Source of the DNA: Verrucomicrobiota bacterium
Lineage (GTDB): Bacteria > Verrucomicrobiota > Verrucomicrobiia > Limisphaerales > UBA11358
NCBI GenBank assembly: GCA_036803685.1
Contig: DAIRTX010000001.1
Coordinates: forward strand, 6,766-70,765
Reading direction: 5' to 3'
DNA: 64,000 nucleotides
The position numbers were made by a program, and so were the translations under genes. Positions 45,990-55,454 of this stretch are shown here, one piece after another. The stretch's first letter is position 1. Each line of letters opens with the position of its first letter. The notes below the pieces were generated by a model that was not told the DNA's origin, did not search any database, and saw only the letters and a program-made list of their open reading frames with translations.

Positions 45990-46141
45990 GATTGGGCGCG
46001 AAGTTTAATGCGTGCTGGCAGGGCTAGCCAGCATTTTTGGCGCGTTCCAGCCTGCAAATGTCACCCCGCCCCCACCGGGTTTCGATTCACTTTGCCACAA
46101 CCGGCCATTTCTGTTACTGAAGACAAAAAATACAATTCTCA

Positions 46142-46891
46142 ATGGCAAATTTTATCCTGAAAACACTCCAGCGTTTTGGCGACCGCCAGCGGCATCTGGG
46201 CATTCAACGTTGCAATGATTGGGGGGGGCGAGCTGTAGTTGATCTATCACCGCAGAGTTTGTTGGATGTGGGTTGCGGTGACGGGAACATGTTATTCCGG
46301 TATTTCAAGCAGGTTCCGACTGAATTTTACGGGGTGGAAGGCGCGCCACCGCTCAAAGCCAAAGCCGAACAGCGCGGGATCAAGGTATTCAGTTACGATT
46401 TGAACGGACGCTGGCCCTTTGAAGACGGCAAATTCGATGTGGTGTTCAGTTCCCAGGTGATCGAGCATCTGCACAACACACGGTTATTCGTCGAGGAAAC
46501 TTACCGGGTACTCAAACCCGGCGGCACGGCAATCATCATGTCAGAAAATCTGTCCAGCTTGTTGAATTGCTTTGCGTTGTGCCTGGGTTATACGCCATTT
46601 TCGCTAATGCAGATTTGCGGGCGTTACCTCGGTAATCCACTAGGACTTCATTACAACGAGCCAATAGTTGAACACGTGCCCATTGACCACCCCGCCTTTG
46701 CCGGCATCTCAGGTCATGTGCGTGTGTTAACAGTGCACCAAGCCCGGGAGTTGTTTGCACTTGCCGGCTTTGACGCCGAGGTGCGTTCCATCAGCCTTCT
46801 GCCGCTGCCCGACGGCCTGAGTCGAGTGCTGGAGCGAATCGCTTCCAAGCGCGGTCATTTTTTGCTGATTCGCGCCCGCAAGCCTCATTAA
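46142..46891 (+). CDS. Class I SAM-dependent methyltransferase (contains a G8 tract at codons 27-29)
   Basis: Motif I LLDVGCGDGN and post-I/II motifs (FDVVFSSQVIEHL, LKPGG). Confidence 0.85.
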   Translation: MANFILKTLQRFGDRQRHLGIQRCNDWGGRAVVDLSPQSLLDVGCGDGNMLFRYFKQVPTEFYGVEGAPPLKAKAEQRGIKVFSYDLNGRWPFEDGKFDVVFSSQVIEHLHNTRLFVEETYRVLKPGGTAIIMSENLSSLLNCFALCLGYTPFSLMQICGRYLGNPLGLHYNEPIVEHVPIDHPAFAGISGHVRVLTVHQARELFALAGFDAEVRSISLLPLPDGLSRVLERIASKRGHFLLIRARKPH

Positions 46892-47004
46892 CCTGAAACG
46901 TGTAGAATCCGCTTGCGCCCGAAGCCCACTCCCACTGAAGCTGTTTATTTAAGCGTAAAAACGGCCTGTCGGAAAAAATTTTCTCCTGACGCCGCCAATT
47001 TTTT

Positions 47005-48060
47005 ATGAGCACTGTAATTGTAACTGGCGCAGCCGGCTTGATTGGTTCAGAAAGTGTTAAGCGATTTGCTCAAGCGGGCCTCAAGGTGGTCGGCATTGAC
47101 AATGACTTGCGACGCTGGTTCTTCGGTGACGGCGCCTCCACGCTGGCCAACCGCCGGAAACTCATCGAGTCCATCCCGAATTATCAACATCACGACTTTG
47201 ACATCCGCGACCGTCGGGCTGTCGAAAATCTGCTCCGCCAACTCGGCAAGGACATCACCCTGATCATCCACACGGCGGCGCAACCCTCACACGATTGGGC
47301 AGCGCGCGATCCGCACGCGGACTTCAGCGTCAACGCCACCGCGACACTCAATTTGCTGGAGGCGACGCGACAATTTTGTCCGGAGGCCGTTTTCATCTTC
47401 ACCTCCACCAACAAGGTTTATGGCGACACGCCCAATTACCTGCCGTTGGTCGAGCTGGAAAAGCGCTGGGAAATCAAACCCGGTCACGCCTGCGAACCCG
47501 GCATCCCGGAAACAATGAGCATTGACCAGACCAAACACTCGTTGTTCGGCGCATCGAAAGTCGCGGCGGACGTGCTGGTGCAGGAATACGGGCGTTATTT
47601 TGGAATGAAGACGGCGTGTTTCCGTGGCGGATGTCTGACTGGACCGGCCCATGCCGGCACGGAATTACACGGTTTCCTTGCTTACCTGATGCGCTGCACC
47701 GTGACCGGCACACCCTATCGGGTGTTCGGCTACAAAGGCAAACAGGTGCGCGACAACATTCACAGCCACGATTTGGTGGAAGCCTTCTGGCAATTTTTCC
47801 TCAAGCCGCGCTCGGGCGAGGTTTACAACATCGGCGGCAGCCGCCATTCAAATTGTTCCATGCTCGAAGCGATTGACCTGTGCGAACAAATCAGCGGCCA
47901 CAAATTGAAATGGACTTACGAGGAAAACAACCGCATCGGCGACCATATTTGGTGGATCAGCGACGTGCGGAAATTCCAAAGTCACTATCCCGCCTGGAAA
48001 TTTCAATATAACCTGGGGCAGATTCTCGAAGAAATCCATCACGCCTGCCTGGCCAGTTGA
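47005..48060 (+). CDS. NAD-dependent epimerase/dehydratase (CDP-paratose 2-epimerase-like family)
   Basis: [50 protein letters not shown]. Confidence 0.85.
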   Translation: MSTVIVTGAAGLIGSESVKRFAQAGLKVVGIDNDLRRWFFGDGASTLANRRKLIESIPNYQHHDFDIRDRRAVENLLRQLGKDITLIIHTAAQPSHDWAARDPHADFSVNATATLNLLEATRQFCPEAVFIFTSTNKVYGDTPNYLPLVELEKRWEIKPGHACEPGIPETMSIDQTKHSLFGASKVAADVLVQEYGRYFGMKTACFRGGCLTGPAHAGTELHGFLAYLMRCTVTGTPYRVFGYKGKQVRDNIHSHDLVEAFWQFFLKPRSGEVYNIGGSRHSNCSMLEAIDLCEQISGHKLKWTYEENNRIGDHIWWISDVRKFQSHYPAWKFQYNLGQILEEIHHACLAS

Positions 48061-48063
48061 ATC

Positions 48064-49131
48064 ATGCCTGCCTTTCCAGAAAGCATTTTGATCGCCGGCG
48101 GCGCGGGCTTTGTCGGCGGCAATCTCGCCGTGTTCCTGAAGCGACGCCACCCTCAAACTCGCGTCATCGCCATGGACAACTTGCACCGGCCCGGTTCCGA
48201 ATTAAATCTGCCCCGGCTGCGTGAAGCCGGGGTGGAGTTCGCCAAAGGCGACATCCGGTCCGCTGAGCAGTTCCCCACCGGGCCGTTTGAGGCCATCATT
48301 GAATGTTCCGCCGAACCTTCCGTGCTGGCCGGTTACGCCGACTCGCCGGACTATCTCATGGAAACAAATTTTCTGGGCACCTACCGCTGCCTTGAAAAAG
48401 CCCGGCAATGGCAAAGCCATTTTTTGTTTCTTTCCACCAGCCGCGTTTATCCCATGGCCCCGCTGGAAGCGCATCCCTGGCGCGAAAGCGAAACGCGTTT
48501 TGAGTGGCTGGACGCCGCCGGAGCGCTGATTTCCTCGCAAGGCGTCCGCGAAGAATGCGCGGCCCAAGGCGCGCGCTCGCTTTACGGGCTGACCAAGTTT
48601 GCCAGCGAAGGGTTGATTGAGGAATACCGCGCCGGATTTGGACTTCGAGCGGCCATCAACCGTTGCGGCGTCATTGCCGGACCGTGGCAAATGGGCAAGG
48701 TGGATCAAGGCGTCGTGTCGTTGTGGGTGCTGCGTCACTATTTCGGCAAACCGCTTTCTTACATTGGCTACGGCGCCATCGGCAAACAGGTCAGGGACGT
48801 GCTGCACGTGGCCGACCTTTGCGAACTGGTCGAAGAGCAAATTTCCAACTTCGACCGTTGGGACGGCTGGCTCGGCAACGTTGGCGGCGGGCTGGAAATT
48901 TCCGTTTCGCTTCAAGAACTGACCGCCGTGTGCCGGAAAGTTGTCGGACGAGAAGTGCCGGTTGGCGCCGAACCGGAAAACCGCCAGGCCGATTTGCGGA
49001 TTTTCCTCGCCGATTGTTCCAAATTGTTTGCGCGAACCAACTGGCGTCCGAAACGCGGCGTGACCCAAACCGTCGCTGACATTTTTGAATGGGTGCGCGC
49101 CCACGAAAAGGCATTGCACCCGCTGGTATGA
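48064..49131 (+). CDS. NAD-dependent epimerase/dehydratase (CDP-paratose/tyvelose 2-epimerase-like)
   Basis: ILIAGGAGFVGGNLA, DNLHRPGSELNLPRL, YGLTKFASE, QGVVSLW...GKQVRDVLHVADL, and GNVGGG resemble Salmonella RfbE as I recall it. Confidence 0.85.
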   Translation: MPAFPESILIAGGAGFVGGNLAVFLKRRHPQTRVIAMDNLHRPGSELNLPRLREAGVEFAKGDIRSAEQFPTGPFEAIIECSAEPSVLAGYADSPDYLMETNFLGTYRCLEKARQWQSHFLFLSTSRVYPMAPLEAHPWRESETRFEWLDAAGALISSQGVREECAAQGARSLYGLTKFASEGLIEEYRAGFGLRAAINRCGVIAGPWQMGKVDQGVVSLWVLRHYFGKPLSYIGYGAIGKQVRDVLHVADLCELVEEQISNFDRWDGWLGNVGGGLEISVSLQELTAVCRKVVGREVPVGAEPENRQADLRIFLADCSKLFARTNWRPKRGVTQTVADIFEWVRAHEKALHPLV

Positions 49132-50365
49132 AAAGCGATTCACGCGCCGGAAATCTGTTGCGGAGCGGCATCATTTTCTCCGCCATCAGTTTTGTCACCG
49201 GGCTGGGCCATCTGGCCTTTCAAGGCGTGCTGGGCCGGGCCAATACGGCAACGCGAACAGCGCGTTGGGCGGTTTGATGACGCTGCTGGGTCTGCTGCCA
49301 GCGGTGGCCACCTTTGCCGTCACGCATTACATCGCGCATTTCAATGCCAGCGGCGACAGCGCACGGCTGCAAGGCTTGCTCCTGGGCTGCCGGAAATTTC
49401 TGTTCCGATTCACCATTGCCGGTTCGGTGCTGGCGGTGATTGTCACCAAGCCTTTGAGCGATTTTTTCCACTACCCCGAAAGCCTGATGCTGGTGACGCT
49501 CGGCTGCGCGCTCCTGGGTCTGTGGGCTTCGCTGGCCACGGCGTTGTGCCAGGGTCTCGCGTGGTTCAAACGGCTCGCGCTCATCGGATTTCTGGCCATG
49601 CTGCTGCGCGTTTCTTTCGGCTGGCTCATCACCTTCAAATGGCCGTCGGCGGAAACCGCCGTGCTCGCCTCGGCCTTCGCGCTGCTGGCCAATCTCGTCC
49701 TGCTTTTCTGGCGAAAGGATTTGTCGCTGCACGGCGAGCCGGTCCCGCCGTGGAACCGCGAGTTCGCCCAATACTTCATCGTCAGCGCGGCGTTTGTGGC
49801 CGGCAACTTTTGTTTTTTTCAAGGCGACTACCTGGTGGCAAACAAATTTTTCGCTAAAGAAGAACTCGATGCCTATGCCGCCGTCGGGATTTTGGCGCGC
49901 GCGCTGCCCCTGACCGTTGCGCCGCTGCTGATGGTATTGTTCACCTCGCGTTCCGGCCAGCGCGCGGGTGGTATCGTGGCGGAGCAGCTCAAATTATTCG
50001 GGCTTTCCGGCCTCGCCTTGGTTTTTGGCGCAATCTGTCTTTTTGTGCTGCGGGCGTTCTGCCTGAAAATTCTCGGTAAATATACACCGCCAGCCGCCGA
50101 GCTGGTCGGCCCATTTGCGGTGACAATGGTCTTCGTCGGGCTGCTGCAGGCGCTCGCGCTTTGGGCGCTTGCCAGCCGTTGGTTAAAAATTTCCCTGCTC
50201 TATGGCGCGCTCGGCCTCACTTACTGGCTGACACTGCTCGGAACCGGAAAAACTCCGGCGGCGTTGCTGCAAACGATGCCAATCACCGCCGGTGTCGCGT
50301 TCGGCATTTTATTTTTCGTCTGGCTCTTCACCATGAAACAGCACAAGCCCTGCGCGCAAAGCTGA
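49128..50365 (+). pseudogene. Polysaccharide flippase (Wzx/MOP-like) interrupted by a single frameshift near 49236-49241 (or an assembly error)
   Basis: ATG 49128 overlaps the epimerase stop (ATGA). It encodes a credible first TM segment (MKSDSRAGNLLRSGIIFSAISFVTGLGHLAFQGVLGR) that stops at 49275-49277. The remaining ~375 codons of a 10-12-TM protein continue in the -1 frame (..QYGNANSALGGLMTLLGLLPAVATF..). Confidence 0.6.
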
Positions 50366-50401
50366 TTTGAATTTACCGCCGTCTTCGGCCACACTCACCT
50401 T

Positions 50402-51415
50402 ATGCAGTCCGGTTCAGAAAATCTGCCGCGCGTCAGCTTCATCATGCCCACACTCAACGTGGAGGCGTTGCTGGATAATGTCCTGTCGTCCATCACGCGC
50501 CAGACATATCCACGCGACCACTACGAAATTCTGCTGGCCGACGCGCACTCGACCGATCGCACACGCGAAATAGCCAAACGTTACGGCGCGATCGTCATTG
50601 ACGACAACGGCAAAAACATGGAGGAAGGCAAACGCCTCGCGCTTCAGCACGCGACCGGCGAATACATCGTGTTTGTGGATGCGGACAACGAAATTACCCA
50701 TCCCGATTACATCGAACTGGCCGTGAAGGCGCTCACAGCAAATCCTCAGGCGCTCGGCGTGGAAAGTTACTATTTACCGTCGCCCAAAATGAGCTCGTTC
50801 TGCGCCTATCTCACCCACCGGCTGCACATCAGCGATCCGATTGCCTGGTTGATGAGCACGAACCCGAAGCTCGTGGCCCAGGCCGGCGAAGTGGAGCGCT
50901 GGACGCTGCCCGGCGATTCGCTTTCGTATCCGCTCGGCGCCAATGGATTTGTTTTTCGCCGCACCGATCTGGAATTGGTGAAGGCCCAGGTTCATTTCCA
51001 GGACACGCATGCGGCCCTGCACCTGATGCGCGGGGGCAAGCGCGAATGGCTGCGGATTCGCGGACGTGGCGTGCATCATTACTACGTTCAGACGCTCTGG
51101 GGTTTTGTGCAAAAGCGCCGCCGGGCCACGGTGCATTTTCTCCGCGTCCAGGAGGAGGCAAAAACAAATTGGATGAAAGAAAAACCGCCGGTGCCGCTCT
51201 GGCTGGCGGGCGTCTATTGCGTCACATTCGCCGGCCCAATGTGGCACACGTTGCGTGGATTGGTTCGTGACGGTGACCCGCGCTGGCTCTGGCATGTGCC
51301 GGCAAGCCTCGCCAATGTGCTGGGCAACGCGTGGGGCGTGCTGACGTACCGGCGACACGGCAAGGACAAGACCCTCATCGCCAGGTTGCAGGTAAAACAA
51401 ACCTTGAAAAAATGA
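50402..51415 (+). CDS. Glycosyltransferase family 2
   Basis: VSFIMPTLNVEALLDNVLSSITRQTYP and the DxD motif (FVDADNE). Confidence 0.9.
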   Translation: MQSGSENLPRVSFIMPTLNVEALLDNVLSSITRQTYPRDHYEILLADAHSTDRTREIAKRYGAIVIDDNGKNMEEGKRLALQHATGEYIVFVDADNEITHPDYIELAVKALTANPQALGVESYYLPSPKMSSFCAYLTHRLHISDPIAWLMSTNPKLVAQAGEVERWTLPGDSLSYPLGANGFVFRRTDLELVKAQVHFQDTHAALHLMRGGKREWLRIRGRGVHHYYVQTLWGFVQKRRRATVHFLRVQEEAKTNWMKEKPPVPLWLAGVYCVTFAGPMWHTLRGLVRDGDPRWLWHVPASLANVLGNAWGVLTYRRHGKDKTLIARLQVKQTLKK

Positions 51416-51434
51416 ATCTGACCGCCTGCGGTTT

Positions 51435-52631
51435 ATGAAGCGCGCCAAAATCCATTTTTTCTGCAATGGCATATTCGGAACCAATGTCGCCGGCGGTGAC
51501 ATCCATTTTTTGAAATCCGCCCGGGCCGCCGCGGAAGAGGGTTATGAATTGAATTATTTCGGCGGGCAGGCGTTCCGGAAAATCATCGAGGCGTACAACC
51601 TGCCCGGCACCGTCACGTTGACGGATGATGCCAAAATGGCGGAGGTCAACCAGGGTTCGTTGCGCGGACAGTTGGCGATGTTCCGGGATTTTTACGGCCG
51701 CTACCGGCGGTCGCTGGAATTGTGCGGGCGCGTCACCCCGGATGATTACGTCTATGCGACGAGCGATTACTGGTTTGATGCGATTCCCGTTGTCCGCTGT
51801 CCGGCCCGCCGGAAGTTGATGATCGTGCATACGCAGGCGCCGGGACTGATGCAAATCGTGCGGCGGGGACGTCCGGATGTTGACGTCAAGCGGCTGGCTT
51901 CGCTCCACTTTTTCCTGAGCCAGAAATACGCGCTTTCACGATTCCGATCCTGCCCGAACAAACGGCTGTTGTATGTCCATCCCGCCATGCAGCCGGCCTT
52001 TTTGCGGATGGATTATGATGAATCGGAATTGTTTTTCACTTCCGAAGGTTTTGACCTGGCGGCGGCGGAAAACACCCCGGCGCAGCCCAAACAGTTTGAT
52101 GTCATCTGGATTGGCCGGGTGCATCGCCAAAAAGGCATCGAGGACCTTCTGGCAACGCTGGCTTATCTGGCGGGCAAAGTGCCGGATTTCCGCGCCATCC
52201 TAGTCGGGAAGGTGGAAGGACCATTGCGACCGCAAATTGAAGCCTTGGGACTGCAAAAGCACGTGTCGTTTGCGGGAGTGGTTCTATCGGAAACCGAAAA
52301 ATCCCGTTTGCTCAAGGCGAGCCGGGTGTTTCTCATGCCCAGCAACTTTGAAAGCTGGGGCATCGTCATCGCCGAAGCGCTGGCCAGCGGCATTCCCGTG
52401 GTGGCGTATGAATTGGATGCTTATCGTCCCATCTTTGGAAACCTGTTGCGTTATGTCCGTCCCTTCGATCTGCGCGCGTTCCAACAGGAGGCATTGGATG
52501 AAGTGAACCGCGCCCGGGCGGGACAAACCTGGCTTGATGCGGCCAGCCTGCAGGCGTTCAAACAAGCCCATTCCTGGCAGGCAACTCAAAAGCGGTTTTT
52601 GCAGGCTCTGAACTCGTTCACCGACCGGTAG
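51435..52631 (+). CDS. Glycosyltransferase family 1 (GT4-type)
   Basis: The C-terminal GT-B motif RVHRQKGIEDLL...FLMPSNFESWGIVIAEALASGIPVVA. Confidence 0.9.
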   Translation: MKRAKIHFFCNGIFGTNVAGGDIHFLKSARAAAEEGYELNYFGGQAFRKIIEAYNLPGTVTLTDDAKMAEVNQGSLRGQLAMFRDFYGRYRRSLELCGRVTPDDYVYATSDYWFDAIPVVRCPARRKLMIVHTQAPGLMQIVRRGRPDVDVKRLASLHFFLSQKYALSRFRSCPNKRLLYVHPAMQPAFLRMDYDESELFFTSEGFDLAAAENTPAQPKQFDVIWIGRVHRQKGIEDLLATLAYLAGKVPDFRAILVGKVEGPLRPQIEALGLQKHVSFAGVVLSETEKSRLLKASRVFLMPSNFESWGIVIAEALASGIPVVAYELDAYRPIFGNLLRYVRPFDLRAFQQEALDEVNRARAGQTWLDAASLQAFKQAHSWQATQKRFLQALNSFTDR

Positions 52632-52649
52632 GACATTGCGGCAGCGCCG

Positions 52650-52735
52650 TCATTTCACAATCCACGGTTTGAACCGGTTCCGCAACCGCCGCCAGAATTG
52701 TTCGCGCGATGAGAGCGGCCGTCCATCATTCGAGA
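52650..52735 (-). pseudogene. 3'-terminal remnant of a GT8-like glycosyltransferase gene (third copy)
   Basis: Encodes ...NDGRPLSSREQFWRRLRNRFKPWIVK*. This is homologous to the C-termini of 53712-54293 (NDGRPLTPHEQFWRRLRNRFKP*) and 58685-59488 (PDGRPLTNREQFWRRLRNKFRPWAVG*). No upstream homologous body is present. Confidence 0.5.
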
Positions 52736-52804
52736 TTTGCGGCAGACTTGGCGGTGGTGGTGGTATTGGTGAATGACGCTTCCGCTGCTTCCTTGAGAAA
52801 ACCG

Positions 52805-53710
52805 TCAGTGACCCGCTTGTCCAGACGGTTTCAGCACGATGGCCAGACCGCGACCAGCCCATTTGCCGAAACGGGCGATTGGACCTTTGCTCTGCTTCCA
52901 CCAGCCGACCGTCTCAAAGCCACAATAAGTGGTCAGGTCATGAAGCCCACGCGGAGTGAAATCGCGGATGTGTCCCGATGGTGAAAATTTTTCCAATTTA
53001 GGCTGCAACGAGGTTGGCCAAAAACCATAGGTGACTTTCTCCGTGCCGAGTTCCGAACCAAGCGGCTGGCTGGCGAACAGAAAAAGGATCCGGTTCACCC
53101 ATGCAGCAGTGTTCGGCACGCTGATGACGCACAGTCCTTGCGGGGCAAGCACCCGACGAAATTCGCGAACCAGTTTTTCCGTCTCAAAAATGTGTTCGAG
53201 CACATGATTGCAGCTCAAGAAGTCAAAACTCCCATCCGCGAACGGCAACGGTTGACCATCGAGGTTTTGCTGGACGAATTTGAAATCCAAACAGACTTCG
53301 CTGAAATGATCACCGGGGCTTCGCACTAAATCAATGCCTGCGGCTTGGACGGTTTGAACACCGTAACGCTGTTTTAATCCCGAAGCGAAATCGCGCGGAA
53401 ACAAACCTTTGCCACAACCCACGTCGAGCATTCGGAACGGACGGTCATTAAAGGTCTTCGCCCAGGCCCCGACAACGCCCAGAGACAGAAGCGAATTCAT
53501 GTGGTATTCACCCGCAGAGTAGGTTTGATCCTTCGCGTGCAATTTTGGATAAAATTCTTCATCTCGGCTCATGGCAATTTTTTGGTAAATTCTGTTCACC
53601 CCATGCGTTAAAGCAAGAATGAAAGTCCCCATTTTTGAGATTGCTGTGTGCTTAATCTTTGCAAGAAAGCCGGAAGAAAATAATGGCGGCCCCAAGTTTT
53701 TACTTGGCAA
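52805..53710 (-). CDS. Class I SAM-dependent methyltransferase
   Basis: Motif I MLDVGCGKGLF, then FDFLSCNHVLEHI and LAPQG. The start is uncertain: 53710, or the internal Met at MSRDEEFY. Confidence 0.82.
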   Translation of the reverse strand: MPSKNLGPPLFSSGFLAKIKHTAISKMGTFILALTHGVNRIYQKIAMSRDEEFYPKLHAKDQTYSAGEYHMNSLLSLGVVGAWAKTFNDRPFRMLDVGCGKGLFPRDFASGLKQRYGVQTVQAAGIDLVRSPGDHFSEVCLDFKFVQQNLDGQPLPFADGSFDFLSCNHVLEHIFETEKLVREFRRVLAPQGLCVISVPNTAAWVNRILFLFASQPLGSELGTEKVTYGFWPTSLQPKLEKFSPSGHIRDFTPRGLHDLTTYCGFETVGWWKQSKGPIARFGKWAGRGLAIVLKPSGQAGH

Positions 53711-53711
53711 T

Positions 53712-54293
53712 TCACGGCTTGAAACGGTTTCGCAACCTTCGCCAAAATTGTTCGTGCGGAGTCAGTGGACGCCCGTCGTTGACCAAAGGCGGCAACTCGG
53801 CGCGTGACTTGGTTGGCAACATTTTTTTTGCCTCATCCATGCACGTGGCGTTGTGATAAATCATGACGCCGTCCAGATGTTCGACCGTCGGCCAGCCGCG
53901 CCGTCCGTTCTTGAAATAGGCACGGAAATTGTATTGGCACGGCAAAATCCTGAGGCGGTCGAAGTATCTGGTCAGGATGACTTCGTTGAGACAGAGTTGA
54001 TCGTCGGCCAGGGTGCGGAAATGGGATCGTCCGCGGGCGACGATTTCCGCGCGAATGTCCCGGCTGCGCGGCACATTCCAGAGACAAACGCCGCCGTTCA
54101 AAAAGTTCGCCGTGTAACCCGGCCCCAACACGTAGCGGCTGCCGTGATGTTCGACACAGGCGGCCACATCCGCATTGCCAAGCAATTGTTCAAACGGCGG
54201 CAGGGGTTGAAGACACCGCACGTCAAAACTGTCCACCGTCATCGCATAATCCACCCCCAGGCCATCGAGCACTTCCAGCCGGCGGGCAGTCAT
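53712..54293 (-). pseudogene. N-terminally truncated copy of the GT8-like glycosyltransferase (copy B)
   Basis: 193-aa ORF, about 95% identical to residues 75-267 of 58685-59488. It lacks the first ~74 residues (the Rossmann beta1/nucleotide-binding part). Its ATG lies in unrelated sequence just beyond the duplication boundary at 54285. Confidence 0.6.
53815..54285. repeat. 471-bp duplicated segment, copy B (pairs with 58800-59270)
   Basis: My hand alignment is gap-free at a constant offset of 4985 nt, with 12 mismatches in 471 (459/471). 53896-54203 is a 308-bp run of perfect identity. Confidence 0.9.
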
Positions 54294-54468
54294 TCAGAAG
54301 AACCCATAACTTTACCCGTAATCCTCCCAGCGAGTTTTTGAAGGACTTCAGGCAAAATTCAGCCAGCTTAAATTTATCTTCGGCGAAAATCGGAGGGCGG
54401 CTGGCGGACATTTTGGGATAAATCCGGTAAGCCACCGCTACATCATAACTAAATCGGCTCATAATCAT
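54286..54468 (-). pseudogene. 5' fragment (61 codons) of an unrelated gene truncated by the duplication junction
   Basis: ATG 54468 overlaps the upstream gene's stop (ATGA). It reads MIMSRFSYDVAVAYRIYPKMSASRPPIFAEDKFKLAEFCLKSFKNSLGGLRVKLWVLLNDC, then enters the duplicated segment out of frame and stops at 54223. The N-terminus resembles some glycan-cluster glycosyltransferases (recollection only). Confidence 0.45.
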
Positions 54469-55454
54469 TTCATTTGCGTCTTGGATTCTCCCTTGAAAAA
54501 AGCGCGATACCATTGGCAGGTGCGGGATAAGCCTTCTGCCAGAGAATATTGGCTTTTCCATCCGAGCACAGTTTGTTCAAACTCCGGCGCATAGAAAGTA
54601 TCAACCCGTTCTTCCGATTTTTCGTTTAAGACACGCGGCTCAATGTCAGGCAATCCTGCTGCGCGGGCAATCTGTTTTACCATATCCAAAACACTTGTTC
54701 CTAATCCGGTGGCCACGCGGAACAATTGCCCTTTCACCGCCGGATTATCCAGACGCGCGCCGATGGCCATGTATGCCGCCACCGCATCCTCGATGTAAAC
54801 GTAATCCCGTTGAAACAGACCGTTGCTGCGAATCACGGGCGTCTCACCGTGAAGGATTGCGCGAATCGTGCCGGGCACCAGCCGGGACCAATTGAAATCG
54901 CCGCCGCCATAGATGTTGTCGGATCGCACGAGCGCCACGAGAAGGCCGAACGTGTCGCCGTAAGCGCGGGTCACCAATTCGGCGGCGGCTTTGGAAGTCA
55001 TGTAGGGATGATGCAACCGGTTCACGCCGGGCAAAAAACAATCTTCAACTTCCTTGCTGGAGGCGACGACGGCACACGCGGGTTTTGGCGCGGTGCGGCA
55101 CGCTTCGAGAATGGTATAGACGCCGCGAATGTTCGTTTCAAAAATTTCATAGGGCGACAAATCCGATCCTGTGTTCGTGTTAATCGCGGCCAGATGATAA
55201 ACGATCTCAATTGCCGAATCGGCAATAAGTCTGGAAACAAAATTCAAGTCAGTGATGTCTCCCTGTACGACCTTGATGCCGGTTTTACGCGGCCGGAATT
55301 TTTCATTACCTGGGGAATTTGGCCCGATCAACGCGCAGGTCTGCGCGCCGCGCGCCGCCAAAGCGTTGGCCAGCCAATATCCCACGAAACCATCCGCTCC
55401 CGTAACCAGCACGCGCCGCGAAGTCCATTTGAGCAGTTGCGGCTGTTGATTCAC
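54465..55454 (-). CDS. NAD-dependent sugar dehydratase/epimerase/reductase (diverged paralogue of the rfbG-like gene)
   Basis: VLVTGADGFVGYWLANAL, YMTSKAAAE (YxxxK), NIYGGGDFNWSRLVP. The usual SSDKAYG serine motif is replaced by SSKEVEDC. GTGA overlap with the upstream gene. Confidence 0.82.
   Translation of the reverse strand: MNQQPQLLKWTSRRVLVTGADGFVGYWLANALAARGAQTCALIGPNSPGNEKFRPRKTGIKVVQGDITDLNFVSRLIADSAIEIVYHLAAINTNTGSDLSPYEIFETNIRGVYTILEACRTAPKPACAVVASSKEVEDCFLPGVNRLHHPYMTSKAAAELVTRAYGDTFGLLVALVRSDNIYGGGDFNWSRLVPGTIRAILHGETPVIRSNGLFQRDYVYIEDAVAAYMAIGARLDNPAVKGQLFRVATGLGTSVLDMVKQIARAAGLPDIEPRVLNEKSEERVDTFYAPEFEQTVLGWKSQYSLAEGLSRTCQWYRAFFKGESKTQMK

Noticed and set aside
46014-46034. Hairpin TGCTGGC-agggcta-GCCAGCA followed by TTTTT in the divergent region between the heptose operon and the methyltransferase gene, as a possible terminator.
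   Set aside because: No upstream plus-strand gene exists for it to terminate. It lies in a promoter/5'-UTR region for both divergent operons. A regulatory hairpin is possible but unsupported.
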